A DNA stretch of 64,000 bases from Candidatus Thorarchaeota archaeon (GCA_963726195.1 CAVSBO010000013.1:1-64000); one strand, 5' to 3'; counted from the stretch's first letter, positions 39,550 to 51,075 are shown. The notes: generated by a model not told the origin, from the sequence alone. A program made the numbers and translations.

Positions 39550-42458
39550 GGGGCCGAGAACACGAAAGAAGCACAGACCAAAGCGCGCGGTAACTCGTGG
39601 TGGGCATTAAGATATGCGTTCACATCTATGCGGAATGGCAAAGTGCGTAATGCGGGCATAGCGTTGGTGCTTGCAATCGGAGTCGCTTTGCCCACAACTG
39701 TGTTCGTATGGACCAGCACGGGCACGGGCTTAGCAATAGACGACTACTTCGCTGCTCATGCCTTTCAGATGGCAATCATGCCGGGTCCGGGCGAAAACTT
39801 GCAGTCGTCCGGTCTCCGTGATGCCCAAACGACAGTGACGCAAAGCCCGTTCACCGAGTCTGCAGATTTGGTCCCTTCTTCCGTGGGCATACTCATTGGC
39901 AGCTTCTTCCCTTCCTGGAGCCAATATTCGATGCAGGCCACCAATTATAGATTTGGCATCAAAGACACACGTGTCTTCCTTGTGACGAGTCACCTCATGA
40001 AGACTTGGTCACAGGAGTTCACGTGGCGTGGCACTTTCTCTCTCTCCGTAGGACATATTCTGGTCTCCGAAGGTTTTGTTCAGTACGCCAGTGAAGTCCA
40101 TAACATCACAATCGATGTGGGCAGTGTCATAAGCATAGACTTGCTCACTCACACAGGTAGAAGGTCGGTGGGTTCTCCATCCGATTTCGGCAGACTTGCC
40201 TTGAGCAATCTCACCGTATCAGCAGTCTACGACGTCGCTTCTCCATTATCGCTTCTTCGCCAGTGGTTTCCATCGATAAGCCGCAAGAACTGGGACTCGA
40301 TGAGCCCCTATGGGGCGTCTGTTCTAGGAATCGCTGATTCAGTGATGATTCTTCAGAGCCAAGCCGGACAGACAGCAACAGACGACGTTGGAAGTAGAGG
40401 TTTCTTTCCGCCAGTGTCACTAGTCAGGGCCTCGGCAGATGCACTATTTGCAGCAGGAGCAGAGAATGCAGGCACAAATCTGTTAGCTCTCAAGACACAA
40501 ATAGAAGAACAGTATCCGCGGGTGTTCGTCTCCGGCCTACAGGAGATTTCTCGTTTCGACGCAGAAATACAGACCTACCTCCAAAGCCAGGTTTTGACAA
40601 TCATTGCATTTCCAGTACTGGTCATGAGTCTCATGCTTAGCATATTCACTTCGGAGACATCAATTGCTCGGCGCAAGGGTGAGATCAGTGCTCTAAGGGC
40701 AAAGGGCGCGTCCTTCAATCAAGTGTTTGCCACGTTTATGTGGGAGTCCTTGTTCCTAGCCATACTGGGCTTCATCATTGGGGTCGGGCTTTCGTTTATC
40801 ATGGCCCCGCTTCTGGGAGCGTCAGTGGGGCTCTTTGTGTTCGATTTGAGCATTTATGCGAGATTCCTCGAGAACCTCAGTGTTCCTCCTCTTGCATTGG
40901 TCATTGCCGGCGTGATAACGCTGTATCTTCCGGGCTCTTACCTGCTACATGTCGCAAGAAAAATCGACGTCTCGGAGGTAGGGCAGCCCACAACTGCACC
41001 GACGGCTGAGGGCACGGAGCAAACAGGTGTCTTGCGATATGCGTTAGGTCTGACAGGGATTCTTCTTCTGCTCCTCCTGATGCCGATGATTGCAGCGCCG
41101 TCTAGGTTATGTTGCAGTGGCAGAGATACTTGGTGCGACTGTTTTGCTTTTCGTGTCATCATATCTTGGCTCAAGGATCATGCGGCTAGTCACTGCAAAG
41201 GCATCAAGTGGCACGGGCTTTCTAATTGGAGAAAGACGCCTCTACTTGACTCAAAGTCTGAGAAGACGCAAGGGTCAGTTCATTCTGCTTCTCGTAATCC
41301 TGACTCTAACACTCACGACTACAACAATGATGCTCATACAGGCCGTCTAGTTTCCAGGCAACAACACAGAATGAGAAACAATATGCAATAGGCTGTGACG
41401 TTCGCGTGAAGTGTGACCAAGAGCCTCTCATTTTCAACAAGACGATTCTGAGCTATCCATGCGTGACTGCTGTCACCCCTGTAGTTGAAACGTGGGCGCA
41501 AGTCGGAACCGAGTCATTCTTCTTGGAGGGCATCAATACGCAGAGTTACGCGCATATCGGCTACTTCTCATCGGATTCGTTTGTCGGCGAAGATGCCAAC
41601 ACAACCCTCGCGAAGCTGAACGCAAAGAGTGATGGCATCATTATTAGTGAATACTACTCGAAGCTATTGAAAAAGACCGTTGGAGAAAATATCTCGGTTA
41701 GCTTCGGATCGGTCAATGGGACTCTGGTCATGAGTTTCGAAATCGTCGGACTGATGAGAAGTGCGCCGGGTTTCGGTATGGCTGCTACTCATGACCTTGT
41801 GAGTGCCTCTCTGGGGACAGAGTTCGGATTCCAAGTGGGTCGAGGTGGTTTTGCTTTCGTGAATCTCCAGCTGCTGTCAGAGCTATCCTACATCAATACT
41901 TCCGATTTGTTTCTCGTCGCCATTGCACCTCACTCTAACACGACCTCAATGATTGATGGTCTCTCGGCTGAGAGGAATGTCAGTGTCTATACCCTCGGCA
42001 GCTTTGATACTTCACACTCCTCCACCAATCTCTTCCTATCTGGAATGCAAGGTCTCACCGTCGTTGCATTCCTTCTATGTGCAATGATGGGACTGTCGGC
42101 ACTAGCATTGTTTCTTGGCTCAGCAGTGAGGGACCGCAATTGGGAATATGCCGTGTTCAGAGCAGCTGGAGCAACGAAATCCCAAGTAGTATCAATGGTC
42201 TTCGGGGAGTTTGCAGGCTCTGTTGTTGCCGCGATTGGCGTCAGCCTCGTTCTCGGCGTCATCTTTGGCTACAGCATGACCATCCTAACCTTTGGCGTTT
42301 CGCCGTTTTCTGCAATCGTCGGAGAAGTACTAAGCTTCCCCATCGTCATGATGTTATTGCTGCTATCATTGGACGGCGTCGCTATGCTAGCTGCATGTTA
42401 CTTACCGGCAAGAAATGCTGGTGCTGTTGACCCTGCGACAGTGTTGAGGAACCTGTAG
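39550..42458 (+). CDS. FtsX/MacB-type double permease (frameshifts ~41100 and ~41345; start uncertain, first ATG 39628)
   Basis: EISALRAKGA, AIGCDVRV, EYAVFRAAGA, DPATVLRNL. Confidence 0.85.
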
Positions 42459-42564
42459 AGACAAAGAGCACAGTTCTCGCTGAGGCATGAACACGCGATT
42501 CTCGATCGCGAAAGGGATGGTTCACCCAATAGACTTATGAGAGTCACACTCGGGCGAGTCTGTT

Positions 42565-43597
42565 GTGCCCCCAATGACTGCTGCGACTAGTGTTGAGCAG
42601 CTTGACATCTACAGCCAATATCCTGATGACGTGGTAGTCAGCGTTGAGAACTGCTACAAGATTTACAAGACAAATGAGCTTGAAGTAGTAGCACTGAGTG
42701 GTGTGTCACTCCAGATTCTTGAGGGCAAGATGATGTGTGTGGTGGGACCGAGTGGGTCCGGCAAGACCACACTGACCAACATAATTGGGGGAATAACTAG
42801 AGCCACTGTTGGCAAGGTATATTGGGCTAACCTGCGCACGGACATCACGAAACTCAGCGAAAGGGTCCTCACGGAGGCCAGACGGAACTTCATCGGATTT
42901 GTGTTCCAGGTCAACAACCTACTGCCCCACCTGAACGCAGAGCAGAACGTCGAGTTGGCTGCTCGGATTGCGGGTGTTCCTCGTCAAGTACGCCGCGAAC
43001 GCGTGGATAGACTGACCAAGCTCGTTGGACTCGAAGAACGAAGGCGCAGTAAGGCGACCACTCTTAGCGGAGGTGAGCGAGCAAGGGTAGCCATCGCGAG
43101 CGCGCTGGTGAACTTGATTGATACTCAAGGTAAAGGTCTTGTTCTATGTGATGAGCCGACGGGTGACCTAGATCCAGAGACTGCTGAAAGGATTCTCGAC
43201 CTGTTTCAGGAGCTGAACGAGACACTTGGTACCTCCTTCTTCATCGTGACGCATAGCCAACAGGTAGCGTCAAAGGCCAACATTACCGTGGAGATTCGTG
43301 ACGGCATAATATCGGGATTTCATCAGGCGGGGATAGACCTTGACACTCTGGACAACACCAGAGTCGTGAAGCTCGACAACAATCTGCGTCTCCCCATGCC
43401 ATTCGATTTGCTTCAGAAGGCGGGCAACCCATCCGAGTTCAGAATTAGCTGACGAAGATGGGAGATTCATTTTAGAGCCCCAGAAGGGCGGTGTTGTGGA
43501 CGCGATAAGAATGCAGAGAGCGCGCACATGCCGTGTATGTGGGACCGAGATACCTGCTGGAAAGTTCATCTGTCCAAACTGCGGCAGCACCGTCTGA
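42565..43597 (+). CDS. LolD-like ABC ATPase with C-terminal AbrB/MraZ-like domain and zinc ribbon (+1 frameshift ~43450)
   Basis: GPSGSGKTT, LSGGE, DEPTGDLD; KLDNNLRLPMP...; +1 frame gives EDGRFILEP...CRVC...CPNC. Confidence 0.85.
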
Positions 43598-43647
43598 TTT
43601 GGACCAGTGACAAGTCACGATAGTGTCGTGAACCCATTGCCGTGGTT

Positions 43648-44148
43648 TTAGATTGCCATCTCCGGCGAATCATTTCTGCGGAACAACGCCTCAAGGTCCT
43701 CAATGCATCTTCTGTCTCCCATCAAGATGCGTATCTTCCTTCTCAGCCCTCTCAGCACCTTGACTTTGTGTAACTCCAATTCTCTCTGAAGAAAACCACT
43801 CACATCATTTCCTTCCCGATCGAAGTCAGTCAATATCAGCACTTGGCCTTCCTTTCGTGCGATACCTGCAATTTGATCCACGAGTTCGGCTCTACCCAGT
43901 CTCGTCTGTGTCCTCACCAACCGTGATTTCAGTCCGAAGTGCCTCAGTGCACGTTCGTCCTGTCGCCCTTCCACAACTACCAGCAAGTTCTCGTATTTCT
44001 GGTCGATGCTCGATAGCAGGTCAATCAGACTTCTTTCATCGTCCGTGAGATTCTTCTTGATTCTAATTGCTCGCCTTCTCTTGCTCTCTGCCGCCTTCTC
44101 CACTTTGCCATTGTCCCTCGCGGCATCCAACTGAGAATTCTCCTTCAA
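43648..44148 (-). CDS. Small TOPRIM-domain protein
   Basis: VVVEGRQD, LILTDFDREG. Confidence 0.9.
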   Translation of the reverse strand: MKENSQLDAARDNGKVEKAAESKRRRAIRIKKNLTDDERSLIDLLSSIDQKYENLLVVVEGRQDERALRHFGLKSRLVRTQTRLGRAELVDQIAGIARKEGQVLILTDFDREGNDVSGFLQRELELHKVKVLRGLRRKIRILMGDRRCIEDLEALFRRNDSPEMAI

Positions 44149-44293
44149 ACTTTGGAATACTGACTTGCTCCACGCGGCTCCGGTACCTTCGTCATGTATG
44201 ATGGTAAGTCACCAAGTTCAGAAACAAGGTTGTGGGTGCTATCCTAGTACCCCTGTGGATGACTAGAGAGCACGCTGCGGCCATTAAAGTTAG

Positions 44294-44863
44294 TTGGACT
44301 GTCCGGTGATGAGAGCAATATCGGAACCTTTAACCAACCATAGACTCTCGAACCCCTTCTGGGCATCGAGATTGAGAGTCAAATCACGTTACCCCGAATC
44401 TACAGAGTACAATGCTTCTGCTGTCTGGGACGGAGCGACAGGCGGCACGGCTTCGACAGGCGAGGGACAGAAAATCACTTTCGACACCCCGGTAGCATAC
44501 GGGGGAAAGGGCCAAGGACTATGCCCAGATGAGATTTTCATTTCATCGATTCTTGGTTGCCTCACCAATACGTTCCTAGACTTTCAACGACGGTTTGAGA
44601 TGGCATTAGTCTCGATGCATCTCGATGGAAGAGCATCTACGAAGTTTGATGGGTCCAGTTACAGAATCGACAGTGTCAGAGTTTCAGGCGGGGTTGTCGT
44701 CGGAGAAGGCGAACTGGAAACCGGTCAGCGCTGTCTGCAACTGATGAAGGAATATTGCCATCTTACCCGCTCGCTGAAGGATTGCATACCTATTGAGTAC
44801 GACATCATGGTAAGTGAGACCAAGGCCAACAAAAGCTCTGGGAAGCTGGGTCGCCCGCACTGA
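44294..44863 (+). CDS. OsmC/Ohr family protein (start uncertain)
   Basis: FDTPVAYGG.G...PDE...LGCL...EYCHLTRSL. Confidence 0.85.
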   Translation: MDCPVMRAISEPLTNHRLSNPFWASRLRVKSRYPESTEYNASAVWDGATGGTASTGEGQKITFDTPVAYGGKGQGLCPDEIFISSILGCLTNTFLDFQRRFEMALVSMHLDGRASTKFDGSSYRIDSVRVSGGVVVGEGELETGQRCLQLMKEYCHLTRSLKDCIPIEYDIMVSETKANKSSGKLGRPH

Positions 44864-44871
44864 GCACTCCT

Positions 44872-45364
44872 CTAAGGCGGTTGCTCCTCCACCAGTGACC
44901 TGATACGATCCATGTAGCTCCTGATGTTCTTCCAATGCCCTCCTTGGAAGTAGACGCTATTGCAGGTTGTGCAAAGCCAGAACTTATCGTAGTAGTTGTA
45001 GGTCTGCTCTAAGACGAGTCCCTTCACCCGTTCCTTCTCATCTTTGCCTATCTCGACGAGTAACCCATTGCACTTCGAGCAACGGGACTTTGAAGGGTCA
45101 ATACTAGGCTGTATGTTGAACTGTCGAAAGAGTATTGCAATCTCATCGTCGACCCCTCCTCTGAGTAGCATCGACGAGATCCCGCCTTTCTCAGCTCTCT
45201 CGTGAAGCAGCTCGTCCGATGTCAGCAGAACCCGATCTTCCGACTGAGTCTATCTCAAGCAGGCGGTCATCATCGTCCTTGGGCGAGTAAATCGTGTCGT
45301 AGCCAAGCAATCTGAGCCAGAGTGCAACCTTGCCCAGCATGCCATCGACTACGAAGCGTGTCAT
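44872..45364 (-). CDS. Mut7-C RNase (PIN-fold plus Zn ribbon; +1 frameshift ~45249)
   Basis: MTRFVVDGMLGKVALWLRLLGYDT...RVLLTSD...SRCSKCNG...CTTCNSVYFQGGH. Confidence 0.9.
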
Positions 45365-46266
45365 GGGTGTTCACCGAAGAACAGGCGGGCAGCATTTTTC
45401 CACATGCACTGTTGGATTTCGTCATCGGTAACCTGCTGATAACCGAGTTCGATGAGGCCGTTCGGCAATCTGAGGGTAGAGAAGAACTTGACCCAGTCTT
45501 TGAGAGGCATCGCGTACTCGAAGAGTGGAAAGTCACTGGCCCACACCAGCCGGCTTGGAAATATCCGAAGAAGCTTTGCCTCGGCTATCATCTGGTACAT
45601 CTTCATAGGAACCCTCCCGGCAAAAGCTTGCCACCCAGAAACATCAACAAACACGTTCGGATTCTTATATGCAACCATGAGCGTCTCATCAACCCAAGGG
45701 GTCCCAACGTGAGCAAGCACAATGTTCAGATCCGGGAAGTCAACTGCCACCTTGTCTACGAAAACAGGTCTCGCGTATTTCACATACTTGAACCGTGAAG
45801 TAAAGCCCTGATGAATCACCACGGGAATCTTGAGTTCCGTGCATAGCTCATAGTACGGGTAGAATTCGTCTTCATCAGGATAGAAGCCGTTGGGAGGATA
45901 TAGCTTCAGGCCGCGGCATCCCTTCTCTTTGACTGCTCTCTCAAGTTCGGCAAGTCCTTCCTCTCCTCTTCTGGGGTCCAGACCGACAAATGTGATCAGA
46001 GATGGGTCACCCTTTATCTCATCGACGTGCCAGTCGGTCTTCTCTCTCAATGAGAGTGGCATCCTTTGGTTGAGGCCGCTATCGATTGGCAGTATCACTG
46101 CTCTTTCGATACCTGCACCTTTCATCGCGGCCTTGAGCTTGCTTGCAGGGAACTCAAGTTGAGGCTCAATGCCCGCCTTCGCAGCAGCAATCCGCCGAGC
46201 CTCAATATCTGTCTCGCTAAGAATCGATTGCGACCAAGTATGAACGTGAGCATCGATGACTCTCAA
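45361..46266 (-). CDS. Amidohydrolase family 2 protein
   Basis: IDAHVH, GLKLYP, IHQG, LAHVG, WASDFP. Confidence 0.9.
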   Translation of the reverse strand: MRVIDAHVHTWSQSILSETDIEARRIAAAKAGIEPQLEFPASKLKAAMKGAGIERAVILPIDSGLNQRMPLSLREKTDWHVDEIKGDPSLITFVGLDPRRGEEGLAELERAVKEKGCRGLKLYPPNGFYPDEDEFYPYYELCTELKIPVVIHQGFTSRFKYVKYARPVFVDKVAVDFPDLNIVLAHVGTPWVDETLMVAYKNPNVFVDVSGWQAFAGRVPMKMYQMIAEAKLLRIFPSRLVWASDFPLFEYAMPLKDWVKFFSTLRLPNGLIELGYQQVTDDEIQQCMWKNAARLFFGEHP

Positions 46267-46367
46267 GTGGAATCACAACCACCTCATGACTAATCCTCGC
46301 CTGATATGAATTATGCGTGAGTCACATGGTAGCCGTGTATTCATGTTGAGAGCCGTACACATGTACA

Positions 46368-47228
46368 CTAGCTTGTCTTCTTGTTTCTCAGAGATGTGGC
46401 GGCCTTTCTAAGGCAGTCAACTACACTGAGCGGTACTGTAACGTCACCCATGAAACTCCGAGAGGCGTCACCGTGATGATCACTGCCGCCTGTCTCAATC
46501 AGACCCAAACCCTCGGCGGCTTCGCTGACCTGACCGGGCGCTGCGGGAGTATACATGTGATCATAGGCATAGTTTACCTCTATGCCCAACAATCCAGCTT
46601 GTTGCAGTTGCTTGATGTCTCGTCTCAGGTCGCTTGAGCCTATGGTTAGAGGGTGAGCCAGCACAGGGACCGTCTCTTCAGCCCTCAGAAGTGCAATGGC
46701 TTCCTTGGCATCAATCATCTCCTTTTCAACATAGGCTGGCTTCCCATCGCCCAGATAGACTTCGAAGGCTTCCTTCTCGTCTCTCACTATGCCGTTCATG
46801 ACGAGCAACCGAGCAAGATGCGGTCGCCCGGGCGATTTCACACCCTCAAGGATACGTTGGAGGTCTTTCTTAGCTATCTTGACGCCCAGCTCATTTAGCT
46901 TTTGAACCATCTTTGGGAATCGTTCTTGCCTCTTCTTCTCAAGGTACGCGAGACGTTCTCTGAGTTTGTCAGCACTTTCGGGCACAAAGTACCCGAGTAT
47001 GTGAGTTTCGTGTCCGTTGTGTACGGTGCTAATCTCCACTCCCGGAATACGAACTAGCCAGTTTGGTGCTTTGGCCTTCATAAACTCGCTAATACCGTCT
47101 AGAGTGTCGTGATCTGTCAGAGCAATTGCTCCAAGTTCCTTCTGCACAGCCATCGCGACAAGCTGGCTGGGTGTGTTGATACCATCAGATACAGTGGAAT
47201 GCAAGTGCAGGTCAGCGAGAGTCCTCAC
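46368..47228 (-). CDS. PHP-domain phosphoesterase (YciV/TrpH-like)
   Basis: DLHLHSTVSDG, TDHDT, GRPH, LAHP, GGSDHHG. Confidence 0.9.
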   Translation of the reverse strand: MRTLADLHLHSTVSDGINTPSQLVAMAVQKELGAIALTDHDTLDGISEFMKAKAPNWLVRIPGVEISTVHNGHETHILGYFVPESADKLRERLAYLEKKRQERFPKMVQKLNELGVKIAKKDLQRILEGVKSPGRPHLARLLVMNGIVRDEKEAFEVYLGDGKPAYVEKEMIDAKEAIALLRAEETVPVLAHPLTIGSSDLRRDIKQLQQAGLLGIEVNYAYDHMYTPAAPGQVSEAAEGLGLIETGGSDHHGDASRSFMGDVTVPLSVVDCLRKAATSLRNKKTS

Positions 47229-47706
47229 GCTTCTTTGCCTCTGTCATCAGTTTCTTTACGAGCTTCCTGACTTCAGGGCACGCTCTGTTAATCTCTTCCT
47301 TTGTGACGGTTTCTCTTGACGGGCAATCCTTGTCTACAACACACCTGTGTCGTCTGGCGTCATATATGATGGGATAGAACCTGCAACCGTCCGGTCTCTG
47401 TTCATAGATTCTGCATGTCTTCTTTTCAGAATCGTAAAAGCAGCAATAGTCGTCGAGGTCTCTCAGCTGGCAGAATGCATCCTTTGTCCTGACTACGTAC
47501 TCATTCCTCATGTGGCCCAAGGAGTCAATCCGCTCCATGTCCGACTCTGTCAGTGTCATTTCGGTCTTCACGCAACAGGCTTTGTCATCATCACAGTCTC
47601 CTGCGTGGTTGCAAACAAAGGGTGTCAAGCTTCGCTGCCCTCTCTCAAGTGTGGTTTGTTGGGCTGAGCAAAGACTAGCAGGGCTATGCAATATCTGGGA
47701 TATCAT
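47212..47706 (-). CDS. YkgJ-family cysteine-cluster protein (start probably ~47625)
   Basis: C..CC..TEM, CRIYEQRPDGCRFYP. Confidence 0.85.
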   Translation of the reverse strand: MISQILHSPASLCSAQQTTLERGQRSLTPFVCNHAGDCDDDKACCVKTEMTLTESDMERIDSLGHMRNEYVVRTKDAFCQLRDLDDYCCFYDSEKKTCRIYEQRPDGCRFYPIIYDARRHRCVVDKDCPSRETVTKEEINRACPEVRKLVKKLMTEAKKREDSR

Positions 47707-47757
47707 GGGGTCAATTGAGCACTATTGATAGCCGTGATGCGAGTGCACTGGTTGTAC

Positions 47758-47997
47758 CTAATCTCTTCTCAAACGTCTCAGAGGGGACAGTCTGGTCAAA
47801 TCATCGGTCGTAGAATCGACTGAATTCTGTCCGAGCAGGCTGGCCTCAGTCACGAGTTGTCTACCAGTGATTGCCAAGAAAACTCTGGCGCGAACGAGAG
47901 TCAAGAAGTGCATCATATCGCTCGGCTCCGCTCCGGCCTCACCACGGATGCGCCGTGCTCCGGTGAAGGTATCAAGCAGCCTATCTACAATCTTCAT
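47758..47997 (-). CDS. Possible small hypothetical protein
   Basis: MKIVDRLLDTF... ORF fills an otherwise empty 400-bp gap, divergent from ABCE1. Confidence 0.4.
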   Translation of the reverse strand: MKIVDRLLDTFTGARRIRGEAGAEPSDMMHFLTLVRARVFLAITGRQLVTEASLLGQNSVDSTTDDLTRLSPLRRLRRD

Positions 47998-48130
47998 CTC
48001 GTTCGCCTCAAAGGAAAGCTCTCGGCTGAGCACAAAAGCCTTTGGAAGCTTGCATCTCACACAGCCAAAGTGCTAAATACTGTGCCAGGAGTCGCAGTCC
48101 TAGTTTCTCCGTAGGTGTTGATAGACCGAT

Positions 48131-49948
48131 ATGCGTGTCGCCGTTCTGGATAGGGAGCGCTGCAGGGCCAAGGATTGTTCCCACGAATGTCAGAGGTTCT
48201 GTCCCAGGGTTAGGACCGGCGACGAGACTGTAGTTTTTCCCAATGGGCTCGAAAAGCCGCCTGTCATAGTTGAATCTCTCTGTTCAGGAGAGGCAATCTG
48301 CGTCAAGAAGTGCCCGTTTCACGTCATTAGCATCGTGAATCTACCGGAGGAACTTGAGACCGATACTAGCCACAGGTATGGTGTCAACGCGTTCAAGCTA
48401 TTTCGTCTACCGATTCCGAAGGAAGGAAAGGTTCTCGGTCTAATCGGTCCCAACGGTGTCGGGAAGACCACAGCCGTCCGGATACTCTCCGGTGAGCTGC
48501 AACCTAACCTTGGCCGCATCGAGTCTCCCCCAACATGGGATGAGATTATCCTGCAATATCGAGGATCTGAGCTTCAACCCTTCTTTGAGAAGATGCGCGC
48601 CGGTTCAATCAAGGCAGTTCACAAGCCTCAGAACATTACTGACCTTCCAAAGGTCAAGTCATTCGCTGAACGTCCCGTGAGCGAACTACTAGAGAGCGCA
48701 GATTCGTCAGGGCGACTCAAAGAGTTGAAGCAGGACCTAAGCTTGACAAACATCTGGACTCGCTCAGTGAAATTCCTTAGTGGAGGAGAGCTTCAGCGAG
48801 TAGCTATCACGGCGGCGATAGTACGCGAAGGTGACATATACTTCTTCGACGAACCTACAGCTTACCTAGACGTGAGAGAGCGCCTGCGTGTTGCTCGTGC
48901 AATAAGGCAGCTCTCCGAGAATGGAAAAACAGTTGTCGTAGTTGAACACGACCTCTCAATACTCGATTATGTGTCCGACTTGGTTTGCATGTTATACGGA
49001 AGCCCCGGAGTATACGGCATAGTGTCACATCCGCATGGCACTAGAGTCGGTATCAACATATTCCTCGACGGTTACATTCCGGACGAGAATATGCGATTCA
49101 GGGATACTGAGATTTCCTTCAAAGGGCAAACGACCGAGGACCAACAGTGGGCTGGTGCGGAAGCACTCTTGGAATATGGTGACATGACCAAGAGATTCGA
49201 AGACTTTGAGCTAAGAGTATCTGGGGGCCGTGTTGCAAAGGGCCAGGTGATCGGCATTCTCGGACCGAACGGTATAGGAAAGACGACCTTTGTGCGCTTG
49301 CTTGCCGGTGAACTTGAGCCAGATGAGGGCGAGGCACCGAAGAAGACAATGCTGGGTACCGACTTGAAGGTTAACTACAAGCCTCAGTACATAAGCGCAG
49401 ACTTCGAAGGCACGGTACGTCTGTATCTTCGTGAGGCCGGACATGACTTTGTCGAGACTGCGGAGTACAAGACGACTGTGGTGAAGAAGCTCGAGCTTGA
49501 ACACCTGATGGATCATGCTGTCTCAGAATTGAGCGGTGGCGAACTACAACGTGCGGCAATTGCTGCATGTCTTGCACGCGAGGCGGACATCTATCTCCTA
49601 GACGAGCCATCCGCATTCCTTGACATTGAACAGCGCCTAGCAGGGTCGCGAGCCATTCGCAGAATGATGCAAACGAGAATGAAGACGGCCTTTGTTGTTG
49701 AACACTCACTTCTCATGGCTGACTACTTGAGTGACAGCCTTGTGGTGTTCGACGGAATTCCAGGGAAATCCGGTCGTGCCTCTTCTGTTACTACTCTGAG
49801 AGCAGGGATGAACATGTTCCTGAAGCAAATGGGTGTAACATTCCGTCGCGATCCCCAAACAGGGCGTCCGAGAGTCAACAAAGACGGGTCTCAGCTTGAC
49901 GCCCAACAGAAGGCCGCCGGCGAGTATTACTACGTAGGCAAGATGTAG
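48131..49948 (+). CDS. rli1: Ribosome recycling ATPase ABCE1/Rli1
   Basis: N-terminal Fe-S domain, HRYGVNAFKL, two NBDs (LSGGELQR x2), TFRRDP..RPRVNK. Confidence 0.98.
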   Translation: MRVAVLDRERCRAKDCSHECQRFCPRVRTGDETVVFPNGLEKPPVIVESLCSGEAICVKKCPFHVISIVNLPEELETDTSHRYGVNAFKLFRLPIPKEGKVLGLIGPNGVGKTTAVRILSGELQPNLGRIESPPTWDEIILQYRGSELQPFFEKMRAGSIKAVHKPQNITDLPKVKSFAERPVSELLESADSSGRLKELKQDLSLTNIWTRSVKFLSGGELQRVAITAAIVREGDIYFFDEPTAYLDVRERLRVARAIRQLSENGKTVVVVEHDLSILDYVSDLVCMLYGSPGVYGIVSHPHGTRVGINIFLDGYIPDENMRFRDTEISFKGQTTEDQQWAGAEALLEYGDMTKRFEDFELRVSGGRVAKGQVIGILGPNGIGKTTFVRLLAGELEPDEGEAPKKTMLGTDLKVNYKPQYISADFEGTVRLYLREAGHDFVETAEYKTTVVKKLELEHLMDHAVSELSGGELQRAAIAACLAREADIYLLDEPSAFLDIEQRLAGSRAIRRMMQTRMKTAFVVEHSLLMADYLSDSLVVFDGIPGKSGRASSVTTLRAGMNMFLKQMGVTFRRDPQTGRPRVNKDGSQLDAQQKAAGEYYYVGKM

Positions 49949-49964
49949 CGGGGCTCAATCAAAG

Positions 49965-50798
49965 CTATTTTGAGACCGCCCTGGACCAAAACTTCCTGCC
50001 CTTGCTTTCTTTCTCACCATCCATTTCAGCAAGAACCCTAGCCGCTTCGTTGCCGCAGTCAATAGCAGCGTCTTCACCCTTAACTGCAAACTCGTCCCGT
50101 ATTCTGTTGGCATAGACTGCACAGACCGCTCCGGCTCTGAATCCGTATATGTTTGTCAAGGTGAACAAAGTGGCCGCTTCCATCTCAAAGCTCGCCACAT
50201 TCGCTCTTTGCAGCTCCTCAATCAAACCCTTGCTCCAGCTCTGTTCATAGCCACCGAACCCGGGTCGGGACTGGCCCAAGTAGAAGGAGTCAGTAGATGC
50301 TGAGATTCCAAGATGGTATCTTAGTCCAAGGTTCTCCGCAGCCTCAATCAATGCCAGCAGCAGTTCGTATGACGGCATGGCTGGATACTCCGGCCTGATG
50401 TACTGCTTGCTTGTGCCCTCAAGTCTCACAGCGCCTGTTGATATGATTAGGTCTCCAATCTCAATATCCTTCTTGAGGGCGGCACACGAACCGACTCGAA
50501 TGAAATCCCGGGCGCCAACATTCGCGAGCTCCTCTATTACGATCGCGGTCCCTGGTCCTCCGATACCTGTCGAACAAGCTGACACAGGGGTTCCCTTGTA
50601 GGTGCCTGTATGAGTTACGAACTGCCTATGTGTTGCTACTTTCTTGAATGAATCCCATCGCGCACTGATCTTCTCTACGCGTTGCGGATCGCCCGGAAGA
50701 ATGACCGTTCGGGCCACCTCGCCCTCTCGAACCTCTATATGGTACTGCTTACGGTCAGGTGTTTCCGGCTTTCGCGCTGATACTCTAGCTGAAGGCAT
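49965..50798 (-). CDS. udp: Uridine phosphorylase
   Basis: QYHI, LPGDPQR, STGIGGP, RLEGTS, DSFYLGQ, FEMEAATL. Confidence 0.9.
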   Translation of the reverse strand: MPSARVSARKPETPDRKQYHIEVREGEVARTVILPGDPQRVEKISARWDSFKKVATHRQFVTHTGTYKGTPVSACSTGIGGPGTAIVIEELANVGARDFIRVGSCAALKKDIEIGDLIISTGAVRLEGTSKQYIRPEYPAMPSYELLLALIEAAENLGLRYHLGISASTDSFYLGQSRPGFGGYEQSWSKGLIEELQRANVASFEMEAATLFTLTNIYGFRAGAVCAVYANRIRDEFAVKGEDAAIDCGNEAARVLAEMDGEKESKGRKFWSRAVSK

Positions 50799-51075
50799 CG
50801 TTCTCCATCCCGCAGAAAGAGCAGCTACAACCGCCTATTCTCGTTTTTGGGACGCCTCGGACCATGCCTGAGCGAGGAGGGTCAGGCTGGTCTGCAATGA
50901 ACCGTTAGACTATTCTACGGCCATAAAACTCATATGCGGGCGTGATTCCCCCAGAAACGAAGCTCTGCAACTCTTTGCGGGCTCGAAAGACCTAATAGAA
51001 TGCTCTGCAGAGGCTATCCTTACTCTGAGTAGAGTGCTGGGAATTCGGTCCGTAGGGGAAAAGGAGAGAAACGCG

